DNA of 31,539 nt, taken from Gemmatimonadota bacterium (GTDB lineage: Bacteria > Latescibacterota > UBA2968 > UBA8231). The notes below the pieces were generated by a model. The model saw nothing but the letters and a program-made list of their open reading frames with translations, was not told where the DNA came from and ran no database searches. The position numbers and the translations under genes are program-made. Shown here in pieces: positions 28,969-31,539 of this stretch (position 1 is the first letter of the stretch; every line of letters begins with the position of its first letter). The stretch covers positions 1-31,539 of the forward strand of contig JAYOYH010000021.1 in assembly GCA_038153405.1 (NCBI GenBank). Reading direction: 5' to 3'.

Positions 28969-29304
28969 TTACTCCCCGTACATCTCTGTGACAATACGCC
29001 GGAGTTGGTTTGCATCATCAGCAGATAATTTGTCGATCTTATTTTTTAGTCTTTCTTTGCTGATAGTGCGAATCTGATCTACGGCGATTTCAGCCTCTTT
29101 CCCCGCACATTCTATCTGCAACCGACTGCGCCATTGAGGATGCAATGTCGAGGTGAGAGGGCATGCAACCACTGTATTTAGGAATTGGTTCATTTCGTTT
29201 TGGCTGACGACCACTACCGGCCGCACTTTGCGTATCTCTCCACCGATAGTGGGATTTAGATCGGCAAAGTAAATCTCGTACCGTTGGGGGTAATCCGCCA
29301 TCAT
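28969..29304 (-). CDS. mazF: Type II toxin, PemK/MazF family endoribonuclease
   Basis: IYFADLNPTIGGEIRKVRPVVVVS...VVACPLTS...DQIRTISKERL. ATGA overlap with the antitoxin. Confidence 0.95.
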   Translation of the reverse strand: MMADYPQRYEIYFADLNPTIGGEIRKVRPVVVVSQNEMNQFLNTVVACPLTSTLHPQWRSRLQIECAGKEAEIAVDQIRTISKERLKNKIDKLSADDANQLRRIVTEMYGE

Positions 29305-29555
29305 TCCAGCCCGTCTGCCACAGTCATATCCAAATCGCTCCAATCCTCATCTTCGTCAGCCATAGCGCGATAGGTATCTTGCCAGGACAGCTTATTTTTT
29401 TCTTTGCTATATAGGTAAATTCCCGTGTCTGTTTCCTCTAGGACAAGAGAATCACTCCAGCCATATTTCTGTAGCAACGCTTTCGGTAGACGAAGGCCTT
29501 TAGAGTTGCCGATCGAGATGAGTTTGATGTCCCTAGTATTGGCCGCGTTATTCAT
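29301..29555 (-). CDS. mazE: Type II antitoxin, AbrB/MazE family
   Basis: IKLISIGNSKGLRLPKALL N-terminus and an acidic C-terminal tail. Directly upstream of the toxin. Confidence 0.93.
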   Translation of the reverse strand: MNNAANTRDIKLISIGNSKGLRLPKALLQKYGWSDSLVLEETDTGIYLYSKEKNKLSWQDTYRAMADEDEDWSDLDMTVADGLE

Positions 29556-29582
29556 TTTTTAAGTTCCTTTAAAGGGCCGCTT

Positions 29583-29617
29583 TGTAATTACTGTAATTAC
29601 ATTTTGACTTTTGTCAA
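29583..29617 (-). promoter_or_regulatory. TA promoter with overlapping operator palindrome
   Basis: Minus strand TTGACA (29617-29612), 16 nt, TACAGT (29595-29590). TGTAATTAC-T-GTAATTACA (29583-29601) covers the -10. Confidence 0.75.
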
Positions 29618-29683
29618 GTATCATTGCCTTCTGAACACATCGGAAGTTCTGAGGTCGCCCAAAGACCAAACCGGCATATTTCA

Positions 29684-29871
29684 GGTACCATCGGCAGGAC
29701 GTTGTTGCCCGGATTGCCGACGCGCTCAACAGCGTTCTCCGTCGTCTCGTAGACTTCGCGGTGGAACGATTCGGGCAGGTCTGGCTTGAGGCTGATATAG
29801 CCGTTGGCGATGAAGTCGCGCATCTGCGCTTGGCTGAGTAATTGTGCTGGTGTGCTCAGGCTACCTACTCC
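29684..29871 (-). pseudogene. Direct repeat copy 2: truncated 5' copy of the PhyH-HEAT gene
   Basis: Encodes LSQAQMRDFIANGYISLKPDLPESFHREVYETT...NNVLPMVP. The RBS is kept (GGAGTAGGTAGC vs GGAGTACTTAGC) but the ATG position reads CTG. Confidence 0.88.
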
Positions 29872-30022
29872 CGAACGTTGGAATGCTACAGAGTGCATTG
29901 CCGTATAGGTTATGACCCACTCCTCCAAAGATAAAGAGACCGAAGAGACTTTAGTCGCGGCAGAGTCTATACAAGGTTTGCGCTCTACACCGGTTAATCA
30001 AAAAGGATAGCTCACCTGAGGA

Positions 30023-31180
30023 TTAGCGTGTAATTCGATGCTCGTCGATGTAGTCCCAGTTAAGATCGTAGCCCAAACCTGGCCCGTCGGGCAGTAGGAC
30101 ATTTCCGTCGTCATCCATCGGATCGCACGGCGATTGTAGATAGGGTGGCGTTGATGTGTGGACTTTGTCCAGCTGCAACAGTCCACGTTCAAAGTACTCA
30201 CAAGTGTCTTCGGTCGTTGCTGCGAGAATCTGGGCGTTGCCGAATCCTCCAACGTGCATCTCGCACTTCATGCCGAGGGCTTCATACATATCAACCGTCT
30301 TGCGAACCCCGGTAATGCCGCCGAAGTTGATGTCCGTGCGCCCGATATCTGTCGCGTGTTGCAGCGCCCATTCAGCGCGGCTGAATACTCCGCCCGGTGC
30401 AAGTTCGGGGCCGCACACCGGTATCTGCAGCTCGCTACACAGCTTGCGGTAGGGCTCGATGAGGCGCTCGTGCATCGGGTGTTCTAGGAAGTAGTAATCC
30501 AACTCTTCTATTCGCCGACCGACCCAAATGGCCTCCTCGAGCGTGTAGATGCCCCAAGGATCGAGCATCAGAACCATTTCATCCCCTACGGCCTCGCGCA
30601 CGGCTCGGCAGACCTCCACGTCTTCCTTCGGGAAGGCCGGTCGCCCGGGGGCGGCTTCTTGTTTTATCGGATTCCAGTAGATATTGGCGTGCACTTTGTA
30701 CGCCTTGTAACCGGCTTCTTTGCAGTCTAATGCGTGCTGCGCGTATTGCTCTGGCGACCCGAGGTTGGGTGCCGTGCTCGCATACGCCTTGACCTTTCCC
30801 CGGGCGCGGCCGAGCAGCCTTGATACGGACAGGTTGGTCATTCTACCCGCCAGGTCCCATAGGGCACAGTCGATATTGCCTATCAAACCCTCCGTAAAAC
30901 CCATATGGCGCGACATAAGCTGCCACAGTCTCTCTCTGTCTAGAGGGTCCTCACCGATCAGCAACGGCTTGACGAGATTGTCCATTTCATCCTGCCGAGG
31001 TGTATAGAAGTAGCCGGGCCAACCTTGCTCTGAATAACCCTCCAGCCCGTCGTCGGTCGCGATGCGCGTGATGCTATGCGGCACTTCTCGCTCTGGTCCC
31101 GGCTCTCCGTAACCCCACTTGGTCCTGATGCCACTGCTAGTGACTGTAAACGCAATGAGCTCAATTTCAGTGATGTTCAT
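30023..31180 (-). CDS. Enolase superfamily enzyme (mandelate racemase/MLE-like)
   Basis: IDCALWDLAG..LLG, AYAST, KVH, metal ligands in MLDP/LEHP/GPE, GGITG and CEMH. AGGAG RBS. Confidence 0.93.
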   Translation of the reverse strand: MNITEIELIAFTVTSSGIRTKWGYGEPGPEREVPHSITRIATDDGLEGYSEQGWPGYFYTPRQDEMDNLVKPLLIGEDPLDRERLWQLMSRHMGFTEGLIGNIDCALWDLAGRMTNLSVSRLLGRARGKVKAYASTAPNLGSPEQYAQHALDCKEAGYKAYKVHANIYWNPIKQEAAPGRPAFPKEDVEVCRAVREAVGDEMVLMLDPWGIYTLEEAIWVGRRIEELDYYFLEHPMHERLIEPYRKLCSELQIPVCGPELAPGGVFSRAEWALQHATDIGRTDINFGGITGVRKTVDMYEALGMKCEMHVGGFGNAQILAATTEDTCEYFERGLLQLDKVHTSTPPYLQSPCDPMDDDGNVLLPDGPGLGYDLNWDYIDEHRITR

Positions 31181-31316
31181 TATGTCTCCTGTGTTTTCCT
31201 GAGCGGGGTGCTGTCAGAAGGTCATCGATGGATACAGAAGCGATACCCAACTTCGGTGCTAACGCACATCCTAACGTTGTCTTGCCGACGCCAGGTGCGC
31301 CGCCAATCAAAAACAC
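31167..31316 (-). pseudogene. 5' stub of a P-loop kinase gene
   Basis: Manual translation VFLIGGAPGVGKTTLGCALAPKLGIASVSIDDLL..., with Walker A at 31278-31301, then a stop after about 49 codons. Confidence 0.7.
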
Positions 31317-31401
31317 GTCGTTCAGTTTTCTATTGACTCGCGCTTCGCTGCGTAATGGTATCGATGCATGGATAGGAATCTCCTGCGCGGAAGCTGGGTT
31401 G

Positions 31402-31539
31402 CTATGGGCGCAGCGCGGCGCGGTCTTCGGCGATCATCGCCCGCCACGCCGCCTGTTCGCGCTCGGCAAAGAGCGGATCTTCTCCGAACAGCCGCAGCGT
31501 GCGGCGGTCGTTGCGCGCGCGGGCCGCTCGGCAGATCGC
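31402..31539 (-). CDS. C-terminal end of an unidentified protein (starts beyond the window)
   Basis: Open frame AICRAARARNDRRTLRLFGEDPLFAEREQAAWRAMIAEDRAALRP* with genome-typical GC-rich codons. Confidence 0.6.
   Translation of the reverse strand, partial: AICRAARARNDRRTLRLFGEDPLFAEREQAAWRAMIAEDRAALRP

Noticed and set aside
29614..29928. 104-aa ORF in the track
   Set aside because: It is the truncated PhyH-HEAT copy read from an arbitrary upstream start, so it is treated as a pseudogene.

Overview
A GC-rich (roughly 60-65% by eye) bacterial window, mostly minus-strand catabolic and housekeeping genes. It holds two sulfatases, three UxuA-type dehydratases, two SDRs, two PhyH-type Fe(II)/2OG enzymes, an amidohydrolase, an aldose epimerase, a lactonase, a GH4 alpha-galactosidase, an enolase-superfamily enzyme, psd, hemF, a glutathione peroxidase, an MFS transporter, a GT-C-like glycosyltransferase and a mazEF-type toxin-antitoxin pair. 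This gene content resembles marine or sponge-associated Latescibacterota/Poribacteria-like genomes, which is an inference only. The most notable item is a c-di-GMP-I (GEMM-I)-fold riboswitch at about 19208-19316 whose three ligand-contacting positions read G/G/U instead of the canonical G/A/C. It overlaps an intrinsic terminator and sits upstream of a SAM methyltransferase, so it is a candidate variant riboswitch with an altered ligand. Other observations: a structured intergenic RNA with pseudoknot and anti-RBS potential (16315-16452), a PhyH enzyme with a halogenase-like HxG motif, a Ser-type sulfatase, a TA cassette between two copies of a gene's 5' end, and several 5'-only gene stubs. No rRNA, tRNA, CRISPR array or transposase was seen.
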